Shown here: positions 29,671-40,085 of the stretch, one piece after another | Numbering within the stretch: the stretch's first letter is position 1 | Layout: each line of letters starts with the position of its first letter | Program-made: the position numbers and the translations under genes | Assembly: GCA_050633245.1 (NCBI GenBank) | Contig: JBOEGD010000024.1 | Span: 128,001 to 192,000, forward strand | Origin: Calditrichia bacterium | GTDB taxonomy: Bacteria; Calditrichota; Calditrichia; RBG-13-44-9; J075 | Direction: 5' to 3' | Length of the DNA stretch: 64,000 nucleotides | Notes under the pieces: model-generated | Databases searched by the model: none | What the model was told of the DNA's origin: nothing | The model's input: only the letters and a program-made list of their open reading frames with translations

Positions 29671-29916
29671 ATTTTGACTGAAAATTTGATGTTAAGTTCA
29701 CATTCGCTATATTCTTTAGAGATTTTTAACATAAATGACGTTTAATTTTAATACTAATAAATATGTTCTTATCTGCGTAACGCTAAATGAAGTGTCGCTG
29801 ATTATTCTGGAATCAGCAATTGCCAAACAGATATGAGCACTATGTGAAGGTTTATTCTAACCCAATAAGCCTTTTCGCATGATTCCCAAATCCTATCTAT
29901 CACTTATGGAGGTGTT

Positions 29917-32334
29917 ATGATACGAACACTACAATTAAGCCTATTGCTTCTGTGCTTTCTGGGAGCACAAGCTTTAGCTACCGGAGTTCTCAAAGGAAAA
30001 GTAACAAGCCTTACCGGTGAGGAAATCGTTGGAGCAAATGTTGTTGTTGAGGGCTCTGAAATGGGTGCGGCAACGAATGCCACCGGCGAATACATGATCG
30101 ACAATGTTCCCGCAGGCACGTATGTTGTCAGCGTTAGCTATATCGGTTACAAAGATGATCAGCGCAATGTAACAATTGCCGACGGACAAACGGCGATGAT
30201 TGATTTTCGACTTGCAGAAGAGTCTGTCGCAATCGGTGGTGTGCTGGTTTATGGTGCTTCCCGTAAGCTTGAGCGTATTACCGACGCTCCTGCAGCGGTA
30301 AGCGTTATTCCTGAAATCGAGCTAAAGCGTTATTCTGCAACCGGACAAGCTCCGCTTCTATTCGATAGTGAGCCCGGTGTTGATCTGGTTCAAAACGGAA
30401 TGTCTGACTTCAACCTGAACACGCGTGGATTTAACAGTTCGCTGAATCGCCGCGTTTTGGTACTGGTTGACAACCGTCAGCCTGCTACTGCCTTTCTGGG
30501 AAATCAGGAGTGGAACGGTCTTAGTAAGCCGCTTGATGATCTTGGCAGTATTGAAATGATTCGTGGTCCCGGCTCTGCTCTATATGGTGCAAATGCCTAT
30601 ACCGGTGTTGTGAATATTACAACGCCTTCTCCGCGTGATATAGTAGGAACCCGGGTTTCATTTAGCGCAGGTGAGAAAAACTCTTTTGGTAATGACTTCC
30701 GCACCGCCGAAGTCCTTGGCAACTGGAGCTATAAGTTTAACATTGGTTACAAGCAAAGCGGAACCTGGTCTCAGTCGCGTAATCTTTCTTCAAGCACAAT
30801 TGCCGCAAATGAAGTAGAGGAATATTCTACGCTAAGTCCGGAAGCTGTTCCGCTCGATGAAAGCAAGCTTCGTAACTACTACGGCTCAGCTCGTTTGGAT
30901 TACGATTTCCAAAACAGCAGCTATCTGTCGTTTGAAACGGGTATGGCTCAAGGCGAAAATGAAGTTGCTGTTACCGGTCTTGGCCGCGTTCAAATTACCG
31001 AATCTTTCCGCCCATTCTGGCGCACTGCATATACCGCTGAGAATCTGTTTTTTCAGGTAGATTATACCGGTCGCACAACCGGTGGACCAACGCATCAGCG
31101 TTCACTCTCTTCCGGCGCCAGCTTTGAAGAAGATTCCGATACCTATAATCTGCAGGCTCAGACAAACTTTGATGTAATGGACGAGAAAGTTCGCTTCGTT
31201 GCCGGAGTTTCTCAGCGTTTTCAGAGTGTCGATACCCGCGAAACTCTTACGCCAGACGATTACTTTGACAATCAGACCGGTATTTATGGCCAGGTCGATA
31301 TCAAACTCGGCGAAATGATTAGTCTTGTTGGTGCTGCTCGTGTAGATCGCAGTACGCTGCACGATACTGAGTTCTCTCCGAAAGCAGCTATTGTATTCTC
31401 TCCATCCAAATCGCATTCATTCCGTGGAACGTTTAATAAGGCTTTCCAGACACCGAACTATTCCGAGCTTTATCTGCGCGCTCCTGCCGGTCTGCCGGTA
31501 AACCTGGCACCGCTTGAAGCAGGAATTGAAGCGGGAATCGAAAATGCATTAGGACTTCCTCCGGGATCAATCGACCTGCCGTTGAACTTTGGTGTAACAC
31601 CTGTTTTAGCACTGGGTAATGAGGATCTTGAAGTTGAGAAAGTAACGGGTTTTGAGTTTGGTTATAAGGGTATCATCAGTAATAAGTTCTTCCTGACAGC
31701 TGATGTGTATTTCAATCAACTGGATAACTTTGTTACTGACCTTCTGCCGGGTGTAAATCCAACGTATCCGACTTATACTGTTCCTGCAGGAATTAATCCT
31801 GCATTTATCCCTTCAATTGAAGCCGGTATTGCCGCTGCACTCGGTCCTAATGCACCGTTGTTCTCTACACTTCCTGATGGATCACAGGCATTAGTTGTTT
31901 CCTATGCTAATGAAGGTGAAGTGGAAGAGCGTGGTGTAGAGATTGGCGCAAATTTTTATGTCACTGACGAATTATTACTTAGCGGGAACATGACGTATTT
32001 TGATTTTGAAGTACTTAGTCAGGCCGCCGGTGACGATTTGCTGCCGAATACGCCGGAAACCAAGTTTAACGTCGGTGCTTCTTATACTACCCCCAATTGG
32101 GACGCTTCGGTACGCGCTAAATATGTATCCGAGTTCGATTGGGCTGCAGGCGTGTTCTCCGGAACAATTCCGTCTTATGCCACGGTCAATGTTACAGGTG
32201 GGTACAATCTAACAGACAATACGCGTATTGGTTTGGTTGTTACGAATCTACTCAACAATGAGCATATTCAGCTATTTGGTGGTTCCGTTATCGGGCGGCG
32301 TGCGCTTGCAAATATTTCCTTCAATATTGATTAA
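29917..32334 (+). CDS. TonB-dependent receptor
   Basis: GGAGG RBS; signal peptide; ASRKLERITDAPAAVSVI; RGFN; IEMIRGPGSALYGANAYTGVVNI; FSPK; NLLN. Confidence 0.93.
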   Translation: MIRTLQLSLLLLCFLGAQALATGVLKGKVTSLTGEEIVGANVVVEGSEMGAATNATGEYMIDNVPAGTYVVSVSYIGYKDDQRNVTIADGQTAMIDFRLAEESVAIGGVLVYGASRKLERITDAPAAVSVIPEIELKRYSATGQAPLLFDSEPGVDLVQNGMSDFNLNTRGFNSSLNRRVLVLVDNRQPATAFLGNQEWNGLSKPLDDLGSIEMIRGPGSALYGANAYTGVVNITTPSPRDIVGTRVSFSAGEKNSFGNDFRTAEVLGNWSYKFNIGYKQSGTWSQSRNLSSSTIAANEVEEYSTLSPEAVPLDESKLRNYYGSARLDYDFQNSSYLSFETGMAQGENEVAVTGLGRVQITESFRPFWRTAYTAENLFFQVDYTGRTTGGPTHQRSLSSGASFEEDSDTYNLQAQTNFDVMDEKVRFVAGVSQRFQSVDTRETLTPDDYFDNQTGIYGQVDIKLGEMISLVGAARVDRSTLHDTEFSPKAAIVFSPSKSHSFRGTFNKAFQTPNYSELYLRAPAGLPVNLAPLEAGIEAGIENALGLPPGSIDLPLNFGVTPVLALGNEDLEVEKVTGFEFGYKGIISNKFFLTADVYFNQLDNFVTDLLPGVNPTYPTYTVPAGINPAFIPSIEAGIAAALGPNAPLFSTLPDGSQALVVSYANEGEVEERGVEIGANFYVTDELLLSGNMTYFDFEVLSQAAGDDLLPNTPETKFNVGASYTTPNWDASVRAKYVSEFDWAAGVFSGTIPSYATVNVTGGYNLTDNTRIGLVVTNLLNNEHIQLFGGSVIGRRALANISFNID

Positions 32335-32359
32335 TTAGCACATTGAATCTTATCAGTTC

Positions 32360-32400
32360 AATTGCCGTTGTTTGCATATCAAACAGCGGCAATTTTTTTT
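32360..32400 (+). terminator. Rho-independent terminator
   Basis: AATTGCCGTTGTTTG/CAAACAGCGGCAATT stem plus poly-T. Confidence 0.85.
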
Positions 32401-32465
32401 CTGCTTTTCTGAACAAACTTTCGGTTGTTACGTGCAATAGTATATGCCCAGCCCGGAGGTTGTTT

Positions 32466-35400
32466 GTGAATTATCGTATTCTTGTTTTTTCGACGATATT
32501 TTTTATGTCGATGCAGAGCTTTGCGCAAAACAGCGTACGCTTCGACCATCTCAGTATTGAGCAGGGACTCTCTCACACCTCCGTTAAAGATATTGCACAG
32601 GACGATGCCGGATTTCTCTGGTTTGCCACTCCTGATGGATTAAACCGTTACGATGGATATGAATTTACCCGCTTTCGCCACGACCCCGAAGATGAACACT
32701 CCCTTCCTGCAAACTCGATAAACAAGCTCTATGTCGATGCCGAGGGAGTACTTTGGATTGCCACCTTTAGCGGGCTCTGTCGCTTCGATCCGGTTCATGA
32801 ACACTTCGTTCGCTATATCACCACGGATGACTCGCTACAGACACAGGGCGATTATATATCCACAATAGCTGAAGATCGGAAAGGAAATCTTTGGATTGGT
32901 CGCATGAATGGTTTGACGCGTGTTAACAAGCGAACCGGCGAGTCTGATCATATGGCTGGTTTCATAGATGGCCCTTTTTCTCTTCCTACAAACAATTCTA
33001 TACATGACATTGTTCCGGATCCATTTTCGAATCACCTCTGGCTTGCCACGTCCGCCGGGCTAAATCGCTTCGACCCTGAATCAGGGCTCGTGCATCATAT
33101 TGCTTCCGGTGGCCGTTATATGGTCTCCCGAAGTCAGTTCCACCTGGAAACGCAGCAGCTGCTTATGCAATTAATGCGGGTTACACCAGCTGTGGGAGCG
33201 TTGACGTCTATTGCCGACCTTGCCGACTCCTCTCATTCTTTTCGGCTTCACAAACCCGAGCGCGTGTTATTGACAATGCAGGGCGAAGGTGCAGGTGGTG
33301 CGCTTTATGACTATGGTTGGCTGGAAGACAGCCGCGGGCGAGTGATTTGGAAAGCGGACTATCTTTCTACGCGTGCCGCCGGAGGAAGCCCTAAGAACCG
33401 CCTGGGTATTGCGGTGCGTACCTTACCGGCGGGGGAATACCGACTTCGCTATGTCTCGGATGATTCTCATTCCTTCGGTAAATGGAATGCTGATCCTCCG
33501 AAATTAGCTGAGCTCTGGGGAATAAGTCTGTTTCGGCTTACAGGAGAGATGGAAGCAGAACTGGAAAAGCATCGTCAGGACTATTTTGAACCTCCACTAA
33601 TTCCTTCCCGGTGGACATTCTCTTTATTCGCTGACACGCTGAGGAATGAAGCCGGTGAGCAGCAACTTTGGGTTGGTACCGGGAATGGCGTCTCGCTCAT
33701 TACTCTACCGCAGGCTTCCGATAAGATCAGTCGTTTTTATCAAACTGAAGTAGCTACCCGTTATTTCGAAAGCGAACAGTTAAAGCTGACAAACATTGAA
33801 CTGCCGGTCTCGAATTCTTTCGAGAGGCGCAACTTTGAAGCGTATGATTTATTAGTCACACGTACCAAGAAGAAACGGAAGCTTTGGGTTGCAACAGCTA
33901 ACGCCGGATTGCTCACGATGCCGCTTTCGATGAATGCTGCGAGTTCAATTCAGCGTTACCATCACGATATGGCCGATGAACACAGCCTGTCTGCAAATGA
34001 GGTGCGGACCGTTGAGCTCGATCATTCCGGTAATCTTTGGGCAGGAACCGTAAACGGACTCAACAAACTGAATCCGCGCAAGCTACAGTTTACCCATCAT
34101 AAACGATTTCACTCCGGAAAAGTGCCCGGCGAAAACTTTACCAGAGTTTTGGCGATTTTTGAACAGCCGGAAAAAGAGCACCTGTGGGTTGCCACCGAAG
34201 GAGGGGGTATAAGTCGCATTGCCTCTGATGATCAACCGCCACTTTATTTCTCTCTTAAATCGACTGATTATCCCAATCAGCCTAACATCGTGCATTCTAT
34301 TAGTCGTTTTGGGCAGTCTGAAATACTTTGGCTCGCTACGGCTACTCAGGGACTTGGTAGATTTGATACGCGAACTGGCAATGTCTCGTTTATTCGCCGT
34401 CCACATGTATTCACAGAACCGGATGGATTTAAGAACAAATTGTTGTCCAATAGGCTAATTGTTGTTTTGGCTGATTCTCAAAACACCCTGTGGGTTGGAA
34501 CAGAACGCGCCTCACTGGCTCGCATAACACTTGATGTGAATGAACGTCTTAAGACGGTCAGGCATTATGGAATTCCCATGGAGAGAGGTAAGGTAATACC
34601 AGACTCCATGCGTTTGCTTACCAATCAGATTTGGACACTGATAAAAGATCCTCATGCCGAGCGTCCGACCCTTTGGCTTGGAATGGTTGGTGGGCATCTA
34701 AGTTCATTAGATATTGAAACCGGTATTTTTACACATTATCGAAGCCAATCGCCACCGACTTCAGCCGGACCGAATAGCAAAACAATAACAGCACTTCACG
34801 TTGATAATCGCGGTGATTTATGGGTGGGAACCTATAGCGGTGGCGTAAATCGGATGGATAGAAAAACCAAAACGTTTCGCCATTATACGGTGCGTAAAGG
34901 GCTTAGCAACAATATGGTGGAGGGGATTCTTGAGGATGATCGCGGTAGAATCTGGATTAGTACGAATGATGGACTATCGATGTTGGACCCGGAAACAGAA
35001 GCAATTCAAACCTATGATGTAAATGATGGTCTTCAGAGCAATCAATTTACGCGTGGAGCCTCGGCCCGAACGGCCGATGGAAAGCTGCTGTTTGGAGGCG
35101 TGAACGGATTAAGCTGCTTTTATCCGGATAGCCTGAAGGAGAGTACCAGCAATCCTGCAGTCGTCTTGACAGACTTTAAGGTATTTGGCCGATCGGTTAT
35201 TCGCGGAGACAGTATTGCCAAAACCGAGACGCGTTTCGATTTTAAGAAGACGCTGTCAGAAGTAGATGAAATCCGTTTATCGTATGCTGAGAACTTTTTT
35301 TCCTTCAACTTTGTAGCGTTGGATTATACCAATTCATTGAAGAACGAATATGCTTATCGGCTGGATGGTTTCGACAGAGGATGGATTTATTGCGATGATC

Positions 35401-36314
35401 GTCGATTTGCAAGCTATACCAATCTTGATCCCGGAAGCTACACGTTTCGTGTGAAAGCTGCCAATAGCGATGGTGTCTGGAACGAAGAGGGCGTTGCGGT
35501 GCAGATATCAATCATGCCCCCGTTTTGGAAGACGTGGTGGTTTTACCTCTTTAGCGCCTGTCTGCTCGCCGGAATAGCTTATGGTTATCATAATTATCGA
35601 TTGCGACAAAAAGTTCGTGAGATGGTTGCCATAGAGCGCGTGCGCAAAAAGGCTGCTGCCGACTTTCATGACGAGCTTGGGCATAAGCTCACTAAAATTT
35701 CGCTGTTTAGTGAAATTGTTAAGCGTCGGCTCAGCGAAGCACCGGGAGAGACCGTTGATTATGTGCAGCGAATTAACGATATTTCCGGCGGGTTATACAA
35801 TGGCATGCGCGATTTTTTATGGACGCTGGATCCGGGAAAAGATTCACTTTATGAAGCGCTCATTCGTTTGAAAGATTTTGGCGATGAATTCTTTGATAAA
35901 TCTGGTATTTCCTTTGAGGTTGAGGGAATAGATGATTCTATGCGACGTATAGAACTTACAATGGATTGGAAGCGACATTTAGTACTTCTCTTCAAGGAGG
36001 CCATGACTAATGTACTAAAGCACTCCCGCGGTGATAATGTGCTTCTTCGCGCATCGCTGCATGACAGACGATTTATGCTTGAATTACTGGATAATGGTCG
36101 AGGCTATACGTTTTCCTCGCCTTCACAAAACGGGATTAATGGTGTAAATGGATCGAATGGAAGTCATAAGACCACGTACTCCAAATCGGTTAACCCCAAA
36201 GGTCTGGGCTTGAAAAATATGCGATTCCGTGCTGAACAACTTTCGGGAGAATTTAAGATAATGAACTCTCCGGATGGACCAGGAACTGTTGTTCGTTTCA
36301 TTGCGACCGTTTAG
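32466..36314 (+). CDS. Sensor histidine kinase (two-component regulator propeller, Y_Y_Y, HisKA_3-like)
   Basis: GGAGGT RBS then GTG 32466; GLSH...GFLWFAT.DGLNRYDG repeats; YTNLDPGSYTFRVKAANSDGVW; PPFWKTWWF TM; DFHDELG; KEAMTNVLKH, DNGRG, GLGLKNM. Confidence 0.92.
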   Translation: MNYRILVFSTIFFMSMQSFAQNSVRFDHLSIEQGLSHTSVKDIAQDDAGFLWFATPDGLNRYDGYEFTRFRHDPEDEHSLPANSINKLYVDAEGVLWIATFSGLCRFDPVHEHFVRYITTDDSLQTQGDYISTIAEDRKGNLWIGRMNGLTRVNKRTGESDHMAGFIDGPFSLPTNNSIHDIVPDPFSNHLWLATSAGLNRFDPESGLVHHIASGGRYMVSRSQFHLETQQLLMQLMRVTPAVGALTSIADLADSSHSFRLHKPERVLLTMQGEGAGGALYDYGWLEDSRGRVIWKADYLSTRAAGGSPKNRLGIAVRTLPAGEYRLRYVSDDSHSFGKWNADPPKLAELWGISLFRLTGEMEAELEKHRQDYFEPPLIPSRWTFSLFADTLRNEAGEQQLWVGTGNGVSLITLPQASDKISRFYQTEVATRYFESEQLKLTNIELPVSNSFERRNFEAYDLLVTRTKKKRKLWVATANAGLLTMPLSMNAASSIQRYHHDMADEHSLSANEVRTVELDHSGNLWAGTVNGLNKLNPRKLQFTHHKRFHSGKVPGENFTRVLAIFEQPEKEHLWVATEGGGISRIASDDQPPLYFSLKSTDYPNQPNIVHSISRFGQSEILWLATATQGLGRFDTRTGNVSFIRRPHVFTEPDGFKNKLLSNRLIVVLADSQNTLWVGTERASLARITLDVNERLKTVRHYGIPMERGKVIPDSMRLLTNQIWTLIKDPHAERPTLWLGMVGGHLSSLDIETGIFTHYRSQSPPTSAGPNSKTITALHVDNRGDLWVGTYSGGVNRMDRKTKTFRHYTVRKGLSNNMVEGILEDDRGRIWISTNDGLSMLDPETEAIQTYDVNDGLQSNQFTRGASARTADGKLLFGGVNGLSCFYPDSLKESTSNPAVVLTDFKVFGRSVIRGDSIAKTETRFDFKKTLSEVDEIRLSYAENFFSFNFVALDYTNSLKNEYAYRLDGFDRGWIYCDDRRFASYTNLDPGSYTFRVKAANSDGVWNEEGVAVQISIMPPFWKTWWFYLFSACLLAGIAYGYHNYRLRQKVREMVAIERVRKKAAADFHDELGHKLTKISLFSEIVKRRLSEAPGETVDYVQRINDISGGLYNGMRDFLWTLDPGKDSLYEALIRLKDFGDEFFDKSGISFEVEGIDDSMRRIELTMDWKRHLVLLFKEAMTNVLKHSRGDNVLLRASLHDRRFMLELLDNGRGYTFSSPSQNGINGVNGSNGSHKTTYSKSVNPKGLGLKNMRFRAEQLSGEFKIMNSPDGPGTVVRFIATV

Positions 36315-36376
36315 ACGATTTTTCAGTTAATATCGAGGTGATGCGAATAGCTTATAAAGAAATGTACGGTTTTATC

Positions 36377-37324
36377 ATGCGGCGAATATTTATATTACTC
36401 CTTTCCCTCAGTCATATGGCTTTTTCTCAACCTCAGCCCACTCCATTACCATTAGCTTCTCTTCAACGCGTCTCCATTGAGCTCGCGGGAAACTATTTTT
36501 TCAACCCTTGGGATAACTACAATAATGTTCTCGCGCTAAACAGCAGAGAAATTGGTCAAAACCCACGCTTTGAATCTACGGTGGGATCTTATGATAAAGT
36601 CGTTGGCGATGCCGGTTTAGGGCTGGGAATAAGCTATGTACTCTCTCATGGGTTATACCTTAAGGTGAATTTGACACGAGGAGCTGTTGATAGCCATTTT
36701 GCATTTCACCCTGTTCCTGAACCATCTTCCGGAACCACCCGACTCTCAACGGCATTCTCTCAATCTATTCAGTTTACACACCACCTGGCCGAGATCGGGT
36801 TAAAATATCAGTATAAATTGTCTCGTAGATTTGATGTCCATCTGGCAACTATGGTTAGCTTTGGCTTTGCAAATGTTGACTACGAATTAATGTCCGGTCG
36901 ATTTGCAACGGGACCGGTTGCGACCGGCGACCCGTTGGTTGTAAACGCCACTCTTAAAGATCAGAGCGTTGGGTGGAGCATGGACGCAGGAGTTCGACTT
37001 CATATTCGCGGGCCTTTTTCGATTTCCCTGAACGGAAATTTACGCCGCTTACAGTTCGAACATTTGCATGGCGGTGTCACTCACGATGCCCAGGGGATTG
37101 ATTTTGAGTTTGCTGCTTATCTGGCCGAGACAGAGAATTTTTTCTCTGTGGTGCCTTCTTTTCCCGATCGGACCTTTACTCCGTTAACATTTTCTCCACG
37201 TGCAAATAGTTTACCCGTAATGGATTTTGCTTCAGGATTTATTTCAAGTGATACGCCGCTGCCGGAAGCCGTAATTGATTTAGTGGCGCTCGGCATGTCT
37301 ATTGGACTGGAAATTAGTTTTTAA
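36377..37324 (+). CDS. Putative outer membrane beta-barrel protein
   Basis: Signal peptide, alternating beta-strands, C-terminal IGLEISF; start codon uncertain (36338-36377). Confidence 0.65.
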   Translation: MRRIFILLLSLSHMAFSQPQPTPLPLASLQRVSIELAGNYFFNPWDNYNNVLALNSREIGQNPRFESTVGSYDKVVGDAGLGLGISYVLSHGLYLKVNLTRGAVDSHFAFHPVPEPSSGTTRLSTAFSQSIQFTHHLAEIGLKYQYKLSRRFDVHLATMVSFGFANVDYELMSGRFATGPVATGDPLVVNATLKDQSVGWSMDAGVRLHIRGPFSISLNGNLRRLQFEHLHGGVTHDAQGIDFEFAAYLAETENFFSVVPSFPDRTFTPLTFSPRANSLPVMDFASGFISSDTPLPEAVIDLVALGMSIGLEISF

Positions 37325-37334
37325 TGAGGAATAC

Positions 37335-38459
37335 ATGATGTACCGTTTCACATATCTTTTCCTTTGCATGCTTATCCTTTTGGGAGCTTGCACAAAGGAT
37401 GTTACTTTTGGCCCTGAAGTTAGCAACTCGCGCGATTGGGCTCCTCAAATAGAACTCGAAGTTGTAGGTTATCAGAGGTTCCATATTTCAATTTCTGCAC
37501 CACAGTCAAGTCTTGTGAGTGCAATTCGATCTTATATTATTCGTGCGACCGGAGTAAATGGAACCAACCTGGAATTTATTGACGAAGTTGATCGAATTTC
37601 GGGCCTGATATCCGGATATATATCTCGGGATGCGATTCTTGAGGAGGGAGGCGAATATGAAATAACGGTCACTGTTCGATATATTGATGATGTTCGAAAT
37701 GAGAGCAACACTTTGACTGTCCAAAGTTCGGAAACTCCCGGCGATATTTTGGATGAAATCAGAATTCCCTCTCGTTGGAACGATGTTACATTACGAAATA
37801 TTGTGATATGGGATGGCGCCATCTATCGACTGTTCGGTGATCAAATTCTAAAGCTGGATATCTCCACAGAGGACGTTTCTTTCATCCCTGGAGTGTTTAT
37901 TCAGGATCTGAATAATCCGGGAATCGTTCGGCTGGTTGGCGGTCGGAATGGTAAAGTCTTGTTTGCACAGCAAACCTCTTTCGATCAGATCACATATCGT
38001 TTTGCAGAGACGGATCTTTTATCCGGAGCCTCTCGCGCTCCGTTTTCCCTCAGTGCTGATTTCAATGCGTGGTTTTTTGAACCGATGGCCTACAATGGTT
38101 CGCAGGTATTAATGCTTGTTAAAAGAAGTGGACTTGCCGACACTGAACTTGAGTTTCAACTCTACAATGTAGAAAGCGGTGCGCTGGAATCAACATTCCC
38201 TCCTTTTCGCAGCGAGCAGCTGGATAATTTTGCGTATTATGAGCTTGTTGGAGATACTATCTGGCGCACGGAGAACCGCTCTTTCGACAATCGTCTTCAA
38301 AAAATTGATCCACAAACCGGACAAATTCTTCAAGAGTTTCACATCCCGGTATTCGCATCGGAATATCTTCACTATAATGATGGCTTTTGGGTTACTCGAA
38401 GAGTTACGTTTGATGACTATTCTACTGAAGCACTTAAGATCGATCCTGCAGAATTCTAA
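37335..38459 (+). CDS. Hypothetical lipoprotein (FnIII-like plus beta-propeller-like)
   Basis: GAGG RBS; lipobox LGAC. Confidence 0.7.
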   Translation: MMYRFTYLFLCMLILLGACTKDVTFGPEVSNSRDWAPQIELEVVGYQRFHISISAPQSSLVSAIRSYIIRATGVNGTNLEFIDEVDRISGLISGYISRDAILEEGGEYEITVTVRYIDDVRNESNTLTVQSSETPGDILDEIRIPSRWNDVTLRNIVIWDGAIYRLFGDQILKLDISTEDVSFIPGVFIQDLNNPGIVRLVGGRNGKVLFAQQTSFDQITYRFAETDLLSGASRAPFSLSADFNAWFFEPMAYNGSQVLMLVKRSGLADTELEFQLYNVESGALESTFPPFRSEQLDNFAYYELVGDTIWRTENRSFDNRLQKIDPQTGQILQEFHIPVFASEYLHYNDGFWVTRRVTFDDYSTEALKIDPAEF

Positions 38460-38580
38460 ACTACTTCCCAATCGCTTTTTTCTATCAAAAACTCCATTTG
38501 ATTGCAATATATTGATTGCATGGCCTGTCTAACAAATACAGTCTGATTAGACGACTTGCAAAATAGTCATAGAGGATAGA

Positions 38581-39147
38581 GTGCCGGCGAGTTCAGTGGA
38601 AGACAAAGCATCTCCAACAGATGCACAGCTTATTACGAAAGCATTGAGTGGAAATCAAATGGCTTATCGCCAACTGGTATTGCGCTATGAGTCGCGGGTT
38701 GCTGCAACGGTGATTGGAATGCTCGGGTATTGCCCGGAAGCTGAAGATGTTGGGCAGGAAACCTTTATCCGTTTCTTTAAGAGCATGGAGCGATTTCGCG
38801 GCGACTCCAGCGTGGGCACATACATTACCCGAATTGCAATTAACCTATCGCTAAATGAATTGAAGAAGCGAAAACGCCGCAATTTATTCTTACAGGATAA
38901 ACCGATTGAAGACATACAAGTGTCAGATGAGTCCGGTGCATTCGTAAAAATGGAGAACCGCGACTATATTAACAAGGCGCTTATGTTGCTGAATGAAAAA
39001 GATCGTGCCGTGATTCTTTTGCGCTTATCTGAAGGCTGCTCGACGGAAGAAACAGCAACAATTTTAGACATGCCGATTGGAAGCGTTTTGTCGCGGTTGT
39101 CGAGAGCTCAGAAAAAATTAAAAGAGCTGGTTAAGGTTTACCTTTAG
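38581..39147 (+). CDS. ECF sigma-70 factor (RpoE/SigW-like)
   Basis: AYRQLVLRY, AEDVGQETF, FRGDSSVGTYITRIAIN, PIGSVLSRLSRA. Confidence 0.93.
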   Translation: MPASSVEDKASPTDAQLITKALSGNQMAYRQLVLRYESRVAATVIGMLGYCPEAEDVGQETFIRFFKSMERFRGDSSVGTYITRIAINLSLNELKKRKRRNLFLQDKPIEDIQVSDESGAFVKMENRDYINKALMLLNEKDRAVILLRLSEGCSTEETATILDMPIGSVLSRLSRAQKKLKELVKVYL

Positions 39148-39178
39148 CCTGTATATAGACTTGTGTAGGAGACTAGTG

Positions 39179-39583
39179 ATGAAAGACAAGAGACGAGAAT
39201 TACTTTACCGTTCCTTCAATGAAGACTTAACTCAGCGGGATGCCGACGAGTTAAACGAAGCTCTTGAACAATCCGAAGAGTTGCGCAACGAACAGCGGGA
39301 CTTCCTTGAAACTCGTGAGCAGCTTCAAAATGCACTTCCCTCTACTTTTGCTCCAGGCTTTGCGAATCGCGTGGTTCAGCGTTTGCAGAATGAACGGAGT
39401 GCGGAGGATGAGCTGTTTAGTGGTTTACTTACTTCATTCAGACGGGCTGCACTAATTGCAGGACTCACAATGATCGGTTTACTTTCATATACGGCGCTCG
39501 ACGGCGAGTTGTCTCTCTATAGCTTGTTGGGATTGCAGGACGCGTCTTATGAGCAACTGATTTCTGCGAACTTTACTGAGTAG
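39179..39583 (+). CDS. Putative anti-sigma factor
   Basis: Follows the ECF sigma; AGGAG RBS; helical N-terminus, PGFANRVV motif, single TM. Confidence 0.7.
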   Translation: MKDKRRELLYRSFNEDLTQRDADELNEALEQSEELRNEQRDFLETREQLQNALPSTFAPGFANRVVQRLQNERSAEDELFSGLLTSFRRAALIAGLTMIGLLSYTALDGELSLYSLLGLQDASYEQLISANFTE

Positions 39584-39599
39584 ATAAAAGGAAATTTAG

Positions 39600-40076
39600 A
39601 TGGAAATTAAAACGAAATCTACGCTTATAGTAATTGCAACCTTTTTGGCAGGAATGATTTTAGGTGCCGTTCTCCTGGGTACGGCAATGACGTATCGAAC
39701 AAAAGGCATAACGGCACAGAAAGTGTCGCGTAGTATTTTAAATACGATTAGACCTACTCCTGAGCAGGAGGAGCCTGTTCGTGAAGCATTGAAAGCTCAT
39801 AAGAAGAGAATGAGTGGCTTAATGCAAGATATGCGCAGTGATATGGGTATTGCACATGACTCTTTGATGCAGGATCTGGATTCTGTATTATCTGTGGAAC
39901 AGAAGGAGCGGTTGCAGCGTTTTGAAAAGCGTATGCAGCGCTTTGGGCCGAGAGGAGAGTCTTTCCGGCGGAAAAAGCGCGGTTTACGTCGCGGGAGATA
40001 CGAGAACGAAAAACGGCGAAGCATGTCGGAGCCTGATTCAGTGCGAAAGCAGCATAACGATTTTCCAAAAGATTAA
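39600..40076 (+). CDS. CpxP/ZraP-like periplasmic helical protein
   Basis: N-terminal TM; PTPEQ and LSVEQ (LTxxQ-like) motifs; Met/His-rich helix. Confidence 0.6.
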   Translation: MEIKTKSTLIVIATFLAGMILGAVLLGTAMTYRTKGITAQKVSRSILNTIRPTPEQEEPVREALKAHKKRMSGLMQDMRSDMGIAHDSLMQDLDSVLSVEQKERLQRFEKRMQRFGPRGESFRRKKRGLRRGRYENEKRRSMSEPDSVRKQHNDFPKD

Positions 40077-40085
40077 AAGGATAAC

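Noticed and set aside
32343-32465. N-terminal extension of the histidine kinase from TTG 32343
   Set aside because: It overlaps the upstream terminator; GGAGGT plus GTG 32466 gives a proper signal peptide.
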